Source: Octopus sinensis (lineage: Eukaryota). From it: DNA of 64,000 nucleotides. Under the pieces are notes generated by a model. It worked only from the letters and a program-made list of their open reading frames with translations. It did no database searches and had not been told where the DNA came from. Of this stretch, positions 49,839 to 64,000 are shown one piece after another. The translations under genes were made by a program, and so were the position numbers. The DNA is taken from assembly GCF_006345805.1 (NCBI RefSeq), contig NC_043019.1:9919360-9983359 (forward strand), in the 5' to 3' direction. How positions within the stretch are numbered: the first letter of the stretch is position 1; every line of letters starts with the position of its first letter.

Positions 49839-52310
49839 ATGATAGCCGTTCACTCGTGACCGAGGAAGACCATTGCTGACCTTCAGGAACATTGTGCACT
49901 CTAGGACTAACTTCTATTTTGCATTTGCGGTTCCGTTGGTGGCTAATGAGCCCTTCTCTTGACAAGCATACACGACTGAAAACATTGCAGACCAATCTTT
50001 CCCCATTCACTACACCAGCAGTGCGCCTTCGAGCAGCATGCTTAAGTTCTTCATGCTGAATACGTGCACTCTCAAAGGTTTTGACCCCCTCCTTAACCTG
50101 CTTCTCCTAGTCAGTTTCCTGCATATCACAAACCTTTAATGAGGACTTGACACAGTCCTTAAATTGCAGCCTTGGTTTCTGCCGGAGTCTCTTTCCATCC
50201 ACAAGTTCCCCATATAGCATCTACTTAGGGATATTGCTATCCTTCATTCTAATAACGTATCCAGTCTAACGTAACCGGTGCTTGTGCACCATCGCCTCAA
50301 TAATCAAGATATCAGCTGTCTTCATGACCTGTGTGTCTGGAGTTTTTAAGGTCCAGCCAACATTTAGACTGTGTCTCAGACATTTCTGATGAAAGCATTC
50401 AAGGACCCTTACATGACATTTGTATAGGGTCCATGACACACATGAGTAAAGGAGCGATGTTAGTACACATGCATGGTACACAACAATTTTTGTTTGCTTG
50501 TGATGCTATGCTGGGACCAGACACAAGACTGAAGAGACCGAAAGGAATCAATTGCTCTCTTCAGCCTGAAAGATATTTCATTATCCAAGGAGCAAGAACG
50601 GCTGAGTGTGCTGCCCAGGTAGACAAACTTGTCTACCACTTCCAGAATTGTTCCTTCAACAAAGATAGCTGGTTCCACATATGGATTTCCTGGTGCAGGC
50701 TGGAACATTACAACAGTCTTGTCCAGGCTAGTGCTGAGTCCAAATGTCTTGCAAGAAGCAGAAATATGATTCATAAGTATTTGCATGTCATCCACTGTAT
50801 GAGTGACTAAGTCACAGTCATCTGCATAAGGGAGGTCACGAATAAAAGACTGGAAAACTTTCGAATTGGCAGCAAATCGGCGCAGGTTAAAGAGGCGTCC
50901 AGAAGATCGATATCTGATATATATTCCTAGAGCGCTAACCTTAGCAAAAGCATGAGTAAAAGCAACAGCAAAGTACAACGAAAAGAACGTTGGGGCAAGG
51001 ATGTCACCCTGCTTGACACCATTCTTTACAGGAATGGGCCCCGCCATGCCACCACCAACATTGACCCAAGCCTCCATCCCATCATGAAATGATTAAATTA
51101 TAGATACAAAGTGATCCGAACATCCAATTTTGCCAAGTATTTGCCATAGTAAGGCCCTATTCACAGTATCAAAGCCCTTAGTTAAATCAATGAATACCTG
51201 GACAAGATCCATATTCTGCTCATAGTACTTCTCCTGCATTTGTCTTGCTGTGAAGATCATATCCATTGTTCCTCTACCAGATCGGAAGCTATATTGAGAT
51301 TCAGATAGGACATCATTTACGAGACACCCATTCAGGCGAGTAAGAAAAATATTTGCCAGAACCTTGCCAGCAGCTGATAGTAGAGCAATACCCCTGTAGT
51401 TACCACACATTGTTCTGGCTCCTTTTCCTTTATAGGAAGGAAGAATAATTGCATCCTTCCAGTCCTTAGGTATCGCACCATCCCTTCAGACTGCACTAAT
51501 AAGTTCATGAAGGGACTGTATGATGTAATCACCATCAAATCGCAAGACCTCAGCACAAATTTCATCCTTTCTATGTGGCCTACCAAGATTCAATTTACTT
51601 ATTGATGTCATTACTTCATCAATTGAGGGCGTCGAATTCAAGAAGTCAATGATAGGTCTTTGTTGCATAGTATCAATCACTGTTTCATCCACAACTAATT
51701 CATGGTTTAGGAGTTCATCGTTTTGGAGTTCATCGTTTTGGAGTTCGATTCAGCGATTTGTGATTTAGTAATTAGAGTGGAAGACTCCTTGGAAAGCAAA
51801 AGAGCTGATGTGGAGCTCTTAGGCCCATAAACTTGCTTCATAAGATGGTAAAACTTCTTGCTGACATTTGCATCAGCAGCAGCCTGAACATCACGAGCAA
51901 GATCCTCCCACCAAGTGTTCTGCATCTTCCTGAGAGATCGCTGCAGTAGTGATTTTACACTGCTATAGTGGTTAAGTGCTAGATTTCGCTGCACAGCAGG
52001 AAGTCCTCTGTGTAGCAATACTTGGTGGGCATGGCGCTTTACAGCCAATAGGCACTGAACTTCAGCATCATTTTCATCAAACCAGTCTCTATGTCTGGAA
52101 GTAGCATATCCCAGTGTTCTAGCAGCACAATGAAGGACCTGGACTCGAAAACCTTCCCATACAGGGCAAGTGAGTTTGAAGCTCTTTCCTCAACACAGCA
52201 TCATATATCTTGGGGACATTCAGACGCCGCGGAATGCTGACTGGCCCTCTTCTCTCTTTCACTCTAATCATAATCCGGAACTTTGCTCCACAAGAGATTA
52301 GCAGCTTGTA
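49839..52310 (-). mobile_element. RTE (BovB-like) LINE, 5'-truncated and degenerate, with a 15-bp tandem duplication at 51710-51746
   Basis: NYRGIALLS, FIDLTKGFDTVNR, GVKQGDILAPT, YADDCDL, FVYLGSTL, CSREGLISHQR. Confidence 0.9.
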
Positions 52311-52812
52311 GCTATATATTAAGTACATAAACTTGGACAAAGTTGAACTGGCCCATTTAATTGGGATAATAGTGCATATGCTGATACTAGAATCAATTAA
52401 TAAATTAAAATGCTTTCTTTTAATCTTATGTATGTATGTATATATATGCAAATCTGGACACCAAACCGTTAATCTGTTAATCGTAAGTTAACGAAGTTAA
52501 CATTTTCGTTAATGATTTAACTTTTAAGCCAACTTTGGAAATCTTTTTCGACTAAACAAATTTCAGGTTAAAAAAAGTACAAGTTAAGTAAGACTTATTT
52601 CTGGGTAAAGAAATTGTCCTGATTCTGATTGTGACCTTTATTTCTCCAGATTAGGCACCGTTTTCCTGTACCATGAACGATATGTTTTATAATATACTGC
52701 ATAATATTGCGTATTGAATACAACATTGCAAATACTGAAAGTTACAAAAAACAAAACAAAAATTTAGTTGGTTGAACAAAACATTGGTTATGAATTAAAA
52801 ACACACCTGTCA

Positions 52813-52860
52813 GTTTATATATATATATATACATATATATATACATATATATATATATAC

Positions 52861-52931
<71 letters not shown>

Positions 52932-53080
52932 CATATATATATATACATATATATATATACATATACATATATACATATACATATATATATATACATATAT
53001 ATATATACATATACATATATACATATACATATATATATATACATATATATATACACACATATATATATACATATATATAC

Positions 53081-53162
<82 letters not shown>

Positions 53163-53182
53163 ACATATATATATATATACAT

Positions 53183-53213
<31 letters not shown>

Positions 53214-53284
53214 TACATATATATATACATATATATATACATATATACATATATATATACATATATATAAATACATATATATAC

Positions 53285-53319
<35 letters not shown>

Positions 53320-53582
53320 CATATATATATACATATATATATATACATATACATATATATATATATACATATATATATATACATATATATACATATATAT
53401 ATATACATATATATATATACATATATATATATACATATATATATATACATATATATATATACATATATATATACATATATATATATACATATATATATAC
53501 ATATATATATATACATATATATACATATATATATATACATATATATATATACACATATATATATATACATATATATATATAC

Positions 53583-53631
<49 letters not shown>

Positions 53632-53733
53632 CATATATACATATATATATATACATATATATATACATATATATATATACATATATATACATATATATAC
53701 ATATATATATATATACATATATATATATACATA

Positions 53734-53774
<41 letters not shown>

Positions 53775-54030
53775 ACATATATACATATATATATATACAT
53801 ATATATATATACATATATATATATATACATATATATATACATATATATATACATACATATATACATACATACATATATACATACATATATACATACATAT
53901 ATATATACATATATATATACATATATACATATATATATACATGCATATATACATATATATACATACATATATACATATATACATACATATATACATATAT
54001 ACATACATATATACATATATACATACGTTC

Positions 54031-54061
<31 letters not shown>

Positions 54062-54065
54062 CATA
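52813..54065. repeat. Compound AC(AT)n microsatellite at the LINE tail
   Basis: Directly visible; source of the 400+ aa Y/I/M ORFs. Confidence 0.95.
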
Positions 54066-55187
54066 TTTTTTGCCGTTTCAGCTCAGAGCTGCGTCCATGC
54101 TGATGCACCGCCGTTTTGTGCTACACTGTTATTACGAAGAACCTCCTCTAATATGTGGCACTTGGTGAAGAATGGAGTTTGACATAGCTACTCTCATTTG
54201 CACTTCTTGCCGTGAGGTAGGTTCATCTGGGACTCTCGACAGGAAGATGTCCAGCTTTGATTTAAAAACCGCTACATCTACTTTGTGCAAGTTCCTCAGA
54301 CTCCTTGGGAGAATATTAAAAAGCTGTGGGCCCTTGAAACCCAGGCTGTTGCAGAAGCTGGTCCTGAAGCGTGATGGCATTGCTGGGATCTTTGGCACTA
54401 TGCAGTGTCGTCCCGTTCTAGCATTGGTGTAGCTTACAATGCCAAAATTTGGCACAATTCCTTCCAGGATCTTCCAGACATATATTACTGCATACCTTTC
54501 CCGTCTTCTCTCCAGGGAGTAGAGTCTTAGCTGTTTCAACCTTTCCCAGTAGCTGAGCTGTTGCAAAGAGACGATCTTCTTTGTGAATCTTCTCTGAATT
54601 GCTTCAAGGTCCGCTGTTAATTTTACACTGGTGGGTGACCATAGCTGTGAGCAGTAATCCAGGCGGCTGAGGACGAATGTCCGCCAGAGGACCATCATGG
54701 TTTCCTTATCTCTGGTTCTGAATGTTCTTAGGATCCACCCACCTGCACTTTGTCGCCATCCTGGTAATGTGCACTTGGAAAGAGGTATCATCACTCATGT
54801 CGATACCCAGGTCCCTCACAGACTTAGGCTCTGGGATTGAAATTCTTTGTGGACCGGTTTAATATTCAGTTTTGGATGCTGGTAGCGCAGGGCCTGGAAT
54901 TTCTCAGCATTAAACTGCATATTATTATCCTCAGCCCATCTGTAGATTGAGTCCAACTCCTGCTGCAGGTGTGCAACATCGCTGGGGTTCTGTATTTTCT
55001 GCGAGACTTTCGTATCGTCTGCATAACTTGCCAGAGTGGCTATCCGGGCATTTGAGGGCATATCTGAGAGGGCCACTATAAAAAGCAGTGGTCCCAAGAC
55101 AGTGCCCTGTGGAACACCGCTCACTATTTGTGTGTTCATAGAGGTGGCTCCATTAACCACTACTGCCTGACTCCTATCTTTCAGGAA
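54066..55187 (-). mobile_element. 5'-truncated CR1/L2-group LINE subfamily B (RT C-terminal half plus tail)
   Basis: FLKDRSQ, QGTVLGPLLF, YADD, YSLERRRERY; tail gcatggacgcagctctgagctgaaac. Confidence 0.9.
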
Positions 55188-55337
55188 TATATATATGTGT
55201 ATATATATATACATATATACACATATATGTATATATATATACATACACATATATGTATATATATACACATATAAATAAATAAGTTGGCATTAATAAATAT
55301 GTATATATGTTAATATATATATATACATATATGTGTG

Positions 55338-55430
<93 letters not shown>

Positions 55431-55913
55431 TCACATATATACATATTTATTAATGCCAACTTAGTTATTTCTTTTGCATAGAAAACGTTGCTCAGTGATC
55501 CGTTTCCTCCCTATCTCGAAAGAATGGCGCTATTGATAGCTGTTAAATCTTCAGGTCAGAGTCGAAGTTCAATGTCCGTAGGATAGAAGGTCGAGATCAC
55601 CGGGTCATTCGTCTTGTAACCTGATAATTTAGGTCAAATATGGATTACATGACCTGTAATATGAAACTATATCCAGTGTACAGCTAAATATGAAGCTAAA
55701 TCCGGTGTGAATTTAGGTGACGTCTAAAATTATCTGACAAAGCTACGGTAACATTTTTCCTTCTAACAGAGTTACATTTGTTGCACACACGACCTTCAGT
55801 TATATGAAAAATAAGAGAATTTATTTGAATACCTACCTACCTACCTACCTACGTACTTATATAATGCGTAAAATATGCACACACACACATATAGGCGCAG
55901 GAGTGGCTATATA

Positions 55914-56326
55914 GGCGCAGGAGTGGCTGTGTGGCAAGTAGCTTGCTAACCAACCACATGGTTCCGGGTTCAGTCCCACTGCGTGGCATCTTGGGCAAGT
56001 GTCTTCTGCTATAGCCCCGGGCAGACCAATGCCTTGTGAGTGGATTTGGTAGACGGAAACTGAAAGAAGCCTGTCGTATATATGTATATATATATATATG
56101 TGTGTGTATGTGTTTGTGTGTCTGTGTTTGTCCCCCTAGCATTGCTTGACAACCGATGCTGGTGTGTTTACGTCCCCGTCACTTAGCGGTTCGGCAAAAA
56201 GAGACCGATAGAATAAGTACTGGGCTTACAAAGAATAAGTCCCGGGGTCTATTTGCTCGACTAAAAAAAGCGATGCTCCAGCATGGCCGCAGTCAAATGA
56301 CTGAAACAAGTAAAAGAGTAAAGAGT
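55914..56326 (+). mobile_element. Full-length SINE family 1, with a 20-bp tandem duplication of its 5' end (55889-55928)
   Basis: A-box-like gtggctgtgtgg, B-box ggttcagtccc, internal (TA/TG)n, 3' stem-loop cagtcaaatgactg and (AAGAGT)n tail. Confidence 0.92.
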
Positions 56327-56653
56327 ATACACACATGCACTCACATACATACACATATGGTTACGATAATTATTTCGCAACCATAAGATCTTGGGTTTTA
56401 TTCTATAGCGTGACACCTTAGGCAAGTACATTTACCGTAGCCCCAAGACTTGTGAGGAAATTTGGGTAGACAAAAGGTACATAGAAAGCCGTCAGATGTA
56501 CCGTACCTGTAATACAAAGTTCCAGCCGTGTGCTACCTGTGTCGTGTTAATTCTAGCTGCAAATTACAATAAAGTTAGTTTCCTGCAGAATGCTCAAACA
56601 CTTCGCATGCTAAATTAATTAGCAGATTGTCAGTGAACGAGACGTCATCATAG

Positions 56654-56741
<88 letters not shown>

Positions 56742-57586
56742 CAGAAAAATAAAATGAGACAACAAAGCCAAGGCAGTATGAAATTTCTAGGACATTTATA
56801 AAGAGAAAGGTAGTCTTACAGCTATTTCAGGGATATAAAAGATATCCCATCTTCAGGGACGGTATGATAGAGTTAAATAGAAGGAAATAGTAGAGTTCAG
56901 TTCAGTGGAAAGGGAGAGATTGAGATTGAGAGAGAGAGAGAGAAAGAGAGAGAGAGTAAATGGGGTAAATTTTCCTGGCGGATACCATACTGTCTCTCAA
57001 TTTGGTATAGATGCCGGCTATCCACAACGGTCCATTATATAGTACTGAAGCTTAGAAAGAGATACTAGTACTGGTAATCTTCACTCGTTGTGTAATTCCG
57101 TGTTCTTACTCAGAACTGCAAATATTCCGTAGAGTATATAATCGATAACGGAGTGGAGAGTGGAGATTTATTCACATCCGAAAACGTCTTTCTTTAAAAG
57201 TTGCCTACGGTTTATGTTTCGATTACAGTAACTGTATATATCTTTGTATGCAATTATGCTTTCTAGTCGTTGCAATTTCATCAAGTATCCATTATTCATG
57301 ACATTTTGAAAGTGACTGATTCAAACAAGCGTCCTACGTTAGTATTCAGTTGAAGGTAATAGCGTTTATATTCGATGGAATGCTAGTCTTATAATCATCT
57401 CTGCCAGTGTTACAGTTGCAACGTGGTTTAAAAAATATTTTTTCACATTTCAATTAACTGTAGCAGTTTTGTTTATATGTTGCTGTATAGAGTACGTTAT
57501 TTATTCTGAGGTATTTTACTTACTTTGGGTTTATCCACTTAATTATTATTATTATCATTATTATTATTATCATTATTATTATAATA

Positions 57587-57635
<49 letters not shown>

Positions 57636-58329
57636 TTTAAAGGGACTGACATATTTTTCTCAAAGGTAAACAGACAAGACGAAGAATGCAATGCGATTGC
57701 AATAGATATCTTATTGGTTGAACGATATTTCGACTACAAGTCTGTCTTTGTCGAGTTCAAAATAAGTGATTAAAATTCAAAATTATAGAAATTTAAATTT
57801 AAAGTATGAACGAAAGCAACTGCCGTCCACACGTTGATCGAATAATATCATCAGTCTTTAAATTTCAATTTTATAACAGGCGAAAAGAAAAAGACAGAAA
57901 GAAGAAGGAAAAAAAGAAAAGGAAAAAGAAGAATATTTAATCAAACAGTTTTGTATAAATTTGAGGATATTCTCCCGTCATTTTATTCATTCCTCCAGGG
58001 CGATGTTAATACCCCGAAAACATATTTCTTCTCATGCATTCTGAGAAGTGAAAGTGAAACAGATTCAGAATATTTTCTGAGAATATACTCTTTCAAATCT
58101 TTTTCAAAATTGCAGCCGTTTGAAGCGAAATGTCGACAAGTTCTGTCGAACTACTATTATTGTGCCTGACGTCAAATATGTGCCCTTTAAATCTTTTCTT
58201 TAATTGTTCTGTTATACAACCAACATAGATCAAGTTGTGTTTCGTGCATTCTGCCGCGTACACCAAATGGGAATCTTACATGTTCCACTTTCTGTATAGA
58301 TCATAGCATTGCTGTTATGATTTCTGATG

Positions 58330-58872
58330 GAGGGCAAGTGCGACGACGTTCTCGGGGCAACTCTGGGCGTCGATGAAGATCAACTAATCAGTCTCTTTCG
58401 GAGAACTTTCGGGCCTGGGCCTATGAATAATTTCCAGAAATCCCTTGCCTGGTAGTGCTACCGATAGATGCTGCCTGTTCGGGATACACTTTACAGGCAC
58501 GGAAGTGGCGTGGGCCGGGCCTTCCCGAGGTGCGCCCAGAACGATGAAACCGTTCTGCACGCCCTAGTCCAGTACCCGAGTATTGCTGACCTATAGGTTT
58601 ATGTCGAAAACCTGCTGTCGCGTGTAGGACGGATTCGGCTATCAGCTGAATCCATTGTGAAGATTGCCCCGCCGCCCTCTTTTGGCCGGGAGGGACAGGC
58701 AATTTTTTTTTTGTCTAGTGGCTGTAGAGAAAGACACTTTCCTCTTTGGCCAAGCCCTCATTAACTTTTTCAAGTTTCAATTGACAAGGAAGTTGAGGGT
58801 GGAGAGGCAAGTGTTGCCTTGTAGCAAGTTTGTTGAAAGGTTGATGAATGTTGGAAGAATGGCAAGTGTGAA
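58330..58872 (+). mobile_element. Tx1/L1-clade LINE C-terminal remnant
   Basis: NDETVLHALVQ, LSAESIVKIAPP, FFCLVAVEK, KLRVERQVL..KFVER; homologous to 40000-40330. Confidence 0.72.
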
Positions 58873-58915
58873 TGGCCTTGTATTTCCAGTAGAAAGGATT
58901 ATTATTTTAATTGTT

Positions 58916-59110
58916 AAGGCGGTGAGCTGGCGGAATCGTTAGCATGGTGGACGAAATGTTTAGTGGTATTTCGCCCGTCGCTACGTTCTGAGTTCAAATT
59001 CCACCGAGGTTGACTTTGCCTTTCATCATTTCGGGGTCGATAAATTAAGTAATCGACTAGTATCCTTCCCAGAATTTCAGGCCTTGTGCCTTCAGTAGAC
59101 AGAATTATTA
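58916..59110 (+). mobile_element. Short tRNA-derived SINE (family 2)
   Basis: aaggcggtgagctggcggaatcg, gagttcaaattc B-box, ggccttgtgcc tail. Confidence 0.88.
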
Positions 59111-61075
59111 CTATAACTGTTGTCAATATCATCTTTGTACCTCCAGGTACCTTTAAACTTGTGATGCTTTCTTGTTTCTGAATCGTTTTAGAAGTAGTCC
59201 ATTTTGCTTTTGACACTTCCACGCCACCACTTGTCTTTGGTTTCACAGGTTGTATTATTATTATTCTCAGATAGGCCGGTCTGGCATATTTCTGATTCGT
59301 TGAAGGTATGGTTTCAACAATGGACAAGATACAGTAGCATTGTTGATTTATTTCTTCTTCAGACGCCTGACGTACTCATATAATAGGTGCAGATTTACTT
59401 GTTTTTGAGTCTGTTGGATTAAGTATGTTGAATGAGCTTGCTCGTGAACGTAATCCCAAAGACCGATGTAATTTTTCCCAAGTAACATTTCTTATTGTTA
59501 TATCTCTGACTGACTGAGAATAATATCCTCAGAGAGTTTTGAGATGATCACCAAGAAGTAAGTATCCCAGTGTAGACATAGGCATAAGCAATTAAAGAAA
59601 TCTTAACCGAAGCATGTAATATCTAGCTCCACTCCATACCAAGGGATTTTTGCTCTTTTTCTTTCTGTGCACACTCAAAAACTTACATGGCTTACGTATA
59701 CTTTATAAACCTGTTTGTTTGGGATGATCTAAGTAGCCATTTAACCTAGAACTGGCCTCAACAGCCACTGAATGATATGCCCTCGATGTAAGAGGCATAT
59801 CCTTTTTGTTGTTGTTATGATCCTTAAAAGTATTTTAACGCTAAATAATTGTTGACCATCCACAAGGCATCAATGTGTTTCATTTTAGAATATTGGTCAC
59901 AAAAATATTGAATATCAGAAAGATATTAAATATATCTTCCCACAGGAGGGCCATTTTGGTGATCGATAAACATTCAGTCACCATCACGTTACTCCAGTGA
60001 GCATCTGAACACAATTTTTAGCAACATCTTTCTCTCTGTATTTATCATTACAACAGCAGTCATTAGACCTATTTTCACTCAGAAATTGCACGCCGCTATC
60101 ACTCAGACTTCTCTGAGCCACATAGCAGCCTTTTTGTTACAGTTCCTAATGTGTTTCATCCCAGATCACGCACTGAATACTGTCATTCTTCTTCACTATG
60201 ACCCATGTTTTACTTTCCAGCATTGAACTCTTGAACTTTATCAGCATCGAGCAAAATTCACTGATCTTGGAGAATTAGCAAAATCTAAGGATATTTCCCC
60301 ACTTTCTCGTAATAATTTTATATATTTACTTTATTTATTTCATTTTATTTATTTTTTTCTTTTTGTAAAGGAAAGGCTGTACTCAGTGCCTTCACGGATA
60401 TTTTATCATTTTAAATTAAATTTAACACAGCAAGAAAAAGATGTATCTCCGAAACTCAACTTTAGATTTTGGTACACTTTTAAATCAGAGTACATTTAGA
60501 CAAGTTGCTGTATTTTATCAAATCGAATGAAAATGCTGTTGCTCAAGTGTATTTTTTCTGTCCTTTTAACAAAAGAAAGAAGACACTTAAACAATACTTT
60601 CTTTATAACTTATCAAATTACTATAACAACATAACACGACTCATCTTCCAGTCACACCTGTACACAGATAATATGTCATAGTTCTTGATTACTGCCGTGC
60701 TTTCATGATTCTTAGCTCTGGTTTCTTTTCTTTAGGTTATTTTCTTTATATTTGGTTGCATTACGGTGTGTGAGAAGCAAACTTAACTCCAAAAAGAAGA
60801 CGCTAGAATTTCTCAAGTAACTTTTGAACTAAGGCTTGGTCACAGTTACACGATTTGAAGCAATGCACGTGTCCTTCCGCACGTAGAAACTCATAACTCA
60901 CTCGTTAGCAAAGCAACTTATTATCCCAAGCCATTTTCTCTAAATGCACTTTAATTATTTTAGATCTTTTTTTCTTCTTCTTCTCTTCTTCTTTTCTTTT
61001 CTTATTCTTTACTTCTTCTTTTCTTCTCTTTCTCCTTCTTCTACTACTACTACTACTACTACTACTACTATAGAA

Positions 61076-61301
61076 ATGATAACGATTTCAAATTTTAGCA
61101 CAAGACCAGCAATTTTGAAGTCAGTGGGAGGCAAGTCGATGACACCGACCTCAGTACTCAACTGGTACTTATTTTATCGACACTGAAACGATGAAAAGCA
61201 AAGTCGACATGGGCAGAATTTGAACTCAGAACGTAAAGACGGCCGAAATGCCACTAAGCACTTCACCCGGCATGCTAACGTTTCTGTCAGCTCACCGTCT
61301 T
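61076..61301 (-). mobile_element. Short tRNA-derived SINE (family 2)
   Basis: Reverse-complement match to 58916-59110 over the head and body. Confidence 0.85.
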
Positions 61302-61321
61302 AAAAATAATAATAATAATTA

Positions 61322-61917
61322 ATGCCCTGATGCAGTACCAGGCAATGGCTCTCATGGCTCCTGATTTTACATGATTGGAAGTGTTATCATGTATACATTG
61401 TTTTGTCTTGGTATAAAAGATGAGCTACAGCAAATATTCTGCTCAATACCACAGATTTGCTTGTCAGTTGTTTGACCTTAACCAGCTGACCATGTCCCTT
61501 TGTGGGTGACGATATGTGCATCTCTGATCATGAGCAGAAGTAGTGGGGAGGCATCATAGCCATATGTTGAGAGGGATTCTTGGGGGGAGCATCATAACCA
61601 TGTGTTGAAAGGAATTCTTAGTGGTTTGGATAATTCACCTTTAGAAACATGGGTGTTTCGTTCAACATCCTTAAACAACCCTTATTCAGGGACCTTTTGA
61701 GCGGGATGGGCTACTCGACCAGCAGAAAATTCTAACTGGGCCCCACCTGCAAGGTCATGTGCTGTTTATCTTGATATGAGATTGTCATGTCGCGCACATA
61801 CGGTTGTGATGCATGTACCTGGTGTACCCTTATCAGACGGGTAGTCATGATGAGTATACTGGACTTCGTATATTTTACCACAGTGTCTCTTTGATGGCAT
61901 GCACTGCTCTCTCACTC
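61322..61917. mobile_element. (AAT)n-flanked interspersed repeat, copy 2, with a 37-bp internal tandem duplication (61545-61619)
   Basis: Reverse complement of 29879-30435; flanked by (AAT)n and (AAC)n(AAT)n. Confidence 0.85.
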
Positions 61918-61947
61918 AATAACAACAACAACAACAACAACAACAAC

Positions 61948-61980
<33 letters not shown>

Positions 61981-62449
61981 TTCTATATCTTATCTTTGCT
62001 ACGGCCTCCCCACAAAATCTAGAGTTCTAGACATAAATTCGCACCATGCGAGCTTACTTGCCTGCATCCCCTTCGTCTCACTTCCTCTTTCTCTCCCCTC
62101 CCCTTCCTTCTTAGTGCTGCTGTAATCATTCACATGATAGGTTGGCCATTTAACAGCTCTCCCCAAAAATGTGTAAGCCTTTACTGTTACTTCCTCTATT
62201 TGACGCAGCAACATCAACAGTAGCCAAATCAACAGCCGTAAATCTGCCATTATTTGTTGTCTAAAGAAATCAGGGGAGACAATGAGGACCCCTCGTCCTT
62301 ATGGTAATAATAACATAAGTATAGTTATAATTGTGAAACTATAGTAGTGAACTAGTAAATAATAAGATAGGGATTATAGTAATAATAATGAAATTATAAT
62401 CGTGAACAAGTAAATAATTGCGAAGATTGATAATTACCCAGAATGATTA

Positions 62450-64000
62450 ACAAGTGGCGTTGTGATACCGTCGAGTCGTCGGCGACGAAACCGGTAACCC
62501 CACTAAGCTTGCTTAGTGAGATGGGTGGATTTTCGACACCCTGCGGGATTAAAAACAAAACCCGGCAAAGAGCAGAGGAACTTAAAAAGTCAACGGCCAT
62601 TCCGAAAACGGATAGACAGAACTCGTGGGCCTTGGTTGGCACTGACCAAGAGAAGGAACATTCTGATTTAAAACTAGGGTAGATAGGACACCTTAGTTAC
62701 AGTGGTGAGAACCTACCAATGTCCAATGGCTCCATGCCTGGGATGAAGGTAAATGAACTGCGAATCGGGACTTAACTCCAGAGCAATATTTGGATGAAGA
62801 TACGAGACCAACTGACGTTCGCCTGTCTACTAGTGAGAATCAAGATCATAGTCCCCAACACACAGAAATGCGAAGGGAACCGGTCCAGATTATGGGTAGT
62901 AAGAGCTCTGCTGTCTTGGTTGACAATCTTACTAGGGGTAGCCACCAACCGATATTTTTATCGAGACACTAACCTTAAAACACATACTTCAATGTTGAGT
63001 GAACATGTATAATACAAATTTATCAAATAATGGTGTTAATGAGGCTGGAACCAAAGGTGAAAGCCTTTCGCCCAGCAGGTGCCCTATAGTTGTCATCCAG
63101 AGACTGCTTGTAAACAAAGCCAGAGGCAGAGAAGAAGGTGGGAATAAGGAGGCAAACCGGACAATAATTGAATGTTGAATCAGTGGTGAACCCAACAATG
63201 AATGAAAGCAAAATGGAATGAAATACGACTCTTCGGAATAAGAGAGCAATGGTTAGCCGACCAGGCAAGAGCAATGAGAACAAAAGGGTGGTTAACAGAC
63301 ATGGGAATAAAAGAGATAAAAAGGAAAGTAGAAAATAAAAATAAAGCTTCACCAACAGATAACGTGCCTTGTGAGAAGAGAAAAATGAAAAGTGGCAGTG
63401 AAGAAGTAGAGCAAAGTGTAAACGTAAATGCATTCTCAGCCAATGAAGCAGAAGTAATAGGAAGAGCTATAGCACAAGAATAAGATGATGATCAACAAGA
63501 TATAATGAGGATGCTGTGCCGATATATTAGAGATGACCAGGATCAAGTACCCTTCAACCTGAGGTACACTGACCGATGCAAGCTCATGGTTGAAGCTGAA
63601 AATATAGATTCGGTTCTTGGGCTATTTCAGATGAGAGATATAACTGAAACTAACAAGATTATTTGGGCTGCAGCTATGGTTGCAGCAGACAGAGTTGGAT
63701 ACAAATTATTTTGAAATATGTAACGACTCGATGCTAAAGTTCGTTGAAAACCACGAAAGACGTAATAAGCTTCATTCTGTTATGAAGGAGAGCAAAATAT
63801 TTTCAAATGAGTTTATGCATAATACCCAGGTTGAACAGCTTGAGGGAAGTGCAGCAACTGTAGTTGCAAAGAAGGTGAAATCAGTAGCAAAGCAAAATGC
63901 GTTTGAACAGTTGGTTGATAGGTGGGAACAAAAACCTTTACATGGCAAATATGTTGTCTGTTGAAAAACAAGTTGATATAGAACAGAAGCACACCCATCA
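62450..64000 (+). mobile_element. R4/Dong-clade LINE: 5' UTR, N-terminal ORF region, deletion of the RT at ~63715, post-RT region; runs off the window
   Basis: MKAKWNE..FGIREQWLADQARA..GWL; LRYTDR; WEQKPLHGKY, the same motif as in 25825-27250. Confidence 0.75.

Noticed and set aside
59400-60200. Possible very old Gypsy integrase on the minus strand (KDVAKNCVQ, HID, HPKQTG)
   Set aside because: The motifs are too short and interrupted by stops to support without a profile search
62535-62585. Twister-like CCUGC..CCCGG..GCAGAGG pattern
   Set aside because: The loop lacks the CC..AAGC needed for the two pseudoknots

Overview
This is a eukaryotic, repeat-saturated window. The SINE, LINE and microsatellite families look like those of an octopus (coleoid cephalopod) genome, which is an inference. 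It contains no intact, identifiable host gene, and almost all long ORFs in the track are (TA)n/(TG)n artefacts or retroelement remnants. LINEs: seven pieces of a CR1/L2-group family with a CCCH-finger ORF1 (one near full length at 4951-8800, two with large internal deletions), four RTE fragments, R4/Dong and Tx1/L1 remnants. Other elements: Penelope-like pieces, a Gypsy integrase remnant, tRNA-derived SINEs whose 3' stem-loop matches the CR1-like LINE tail, a non-autonomous Helitron, a 1.9-kb foldback element with ~620-bp TIRs, a 271-bp MITE with an 8-bp TSD, two copies of an (AAT)n-anchored ~560-bp repeat, large compound microsatellites and a 100-N assembly gap. The best unexplained signal is a complete type I hammerhead ribozyme fold on the minus strand at 4268-4320, inside an ~85-bp island in a (TA)n array. 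Two core-variant hammerhead-like motifs lie in Penelope-type termini. Element boundaries were read by eye and are good to a few bases unless TSDs or TIRs define them.
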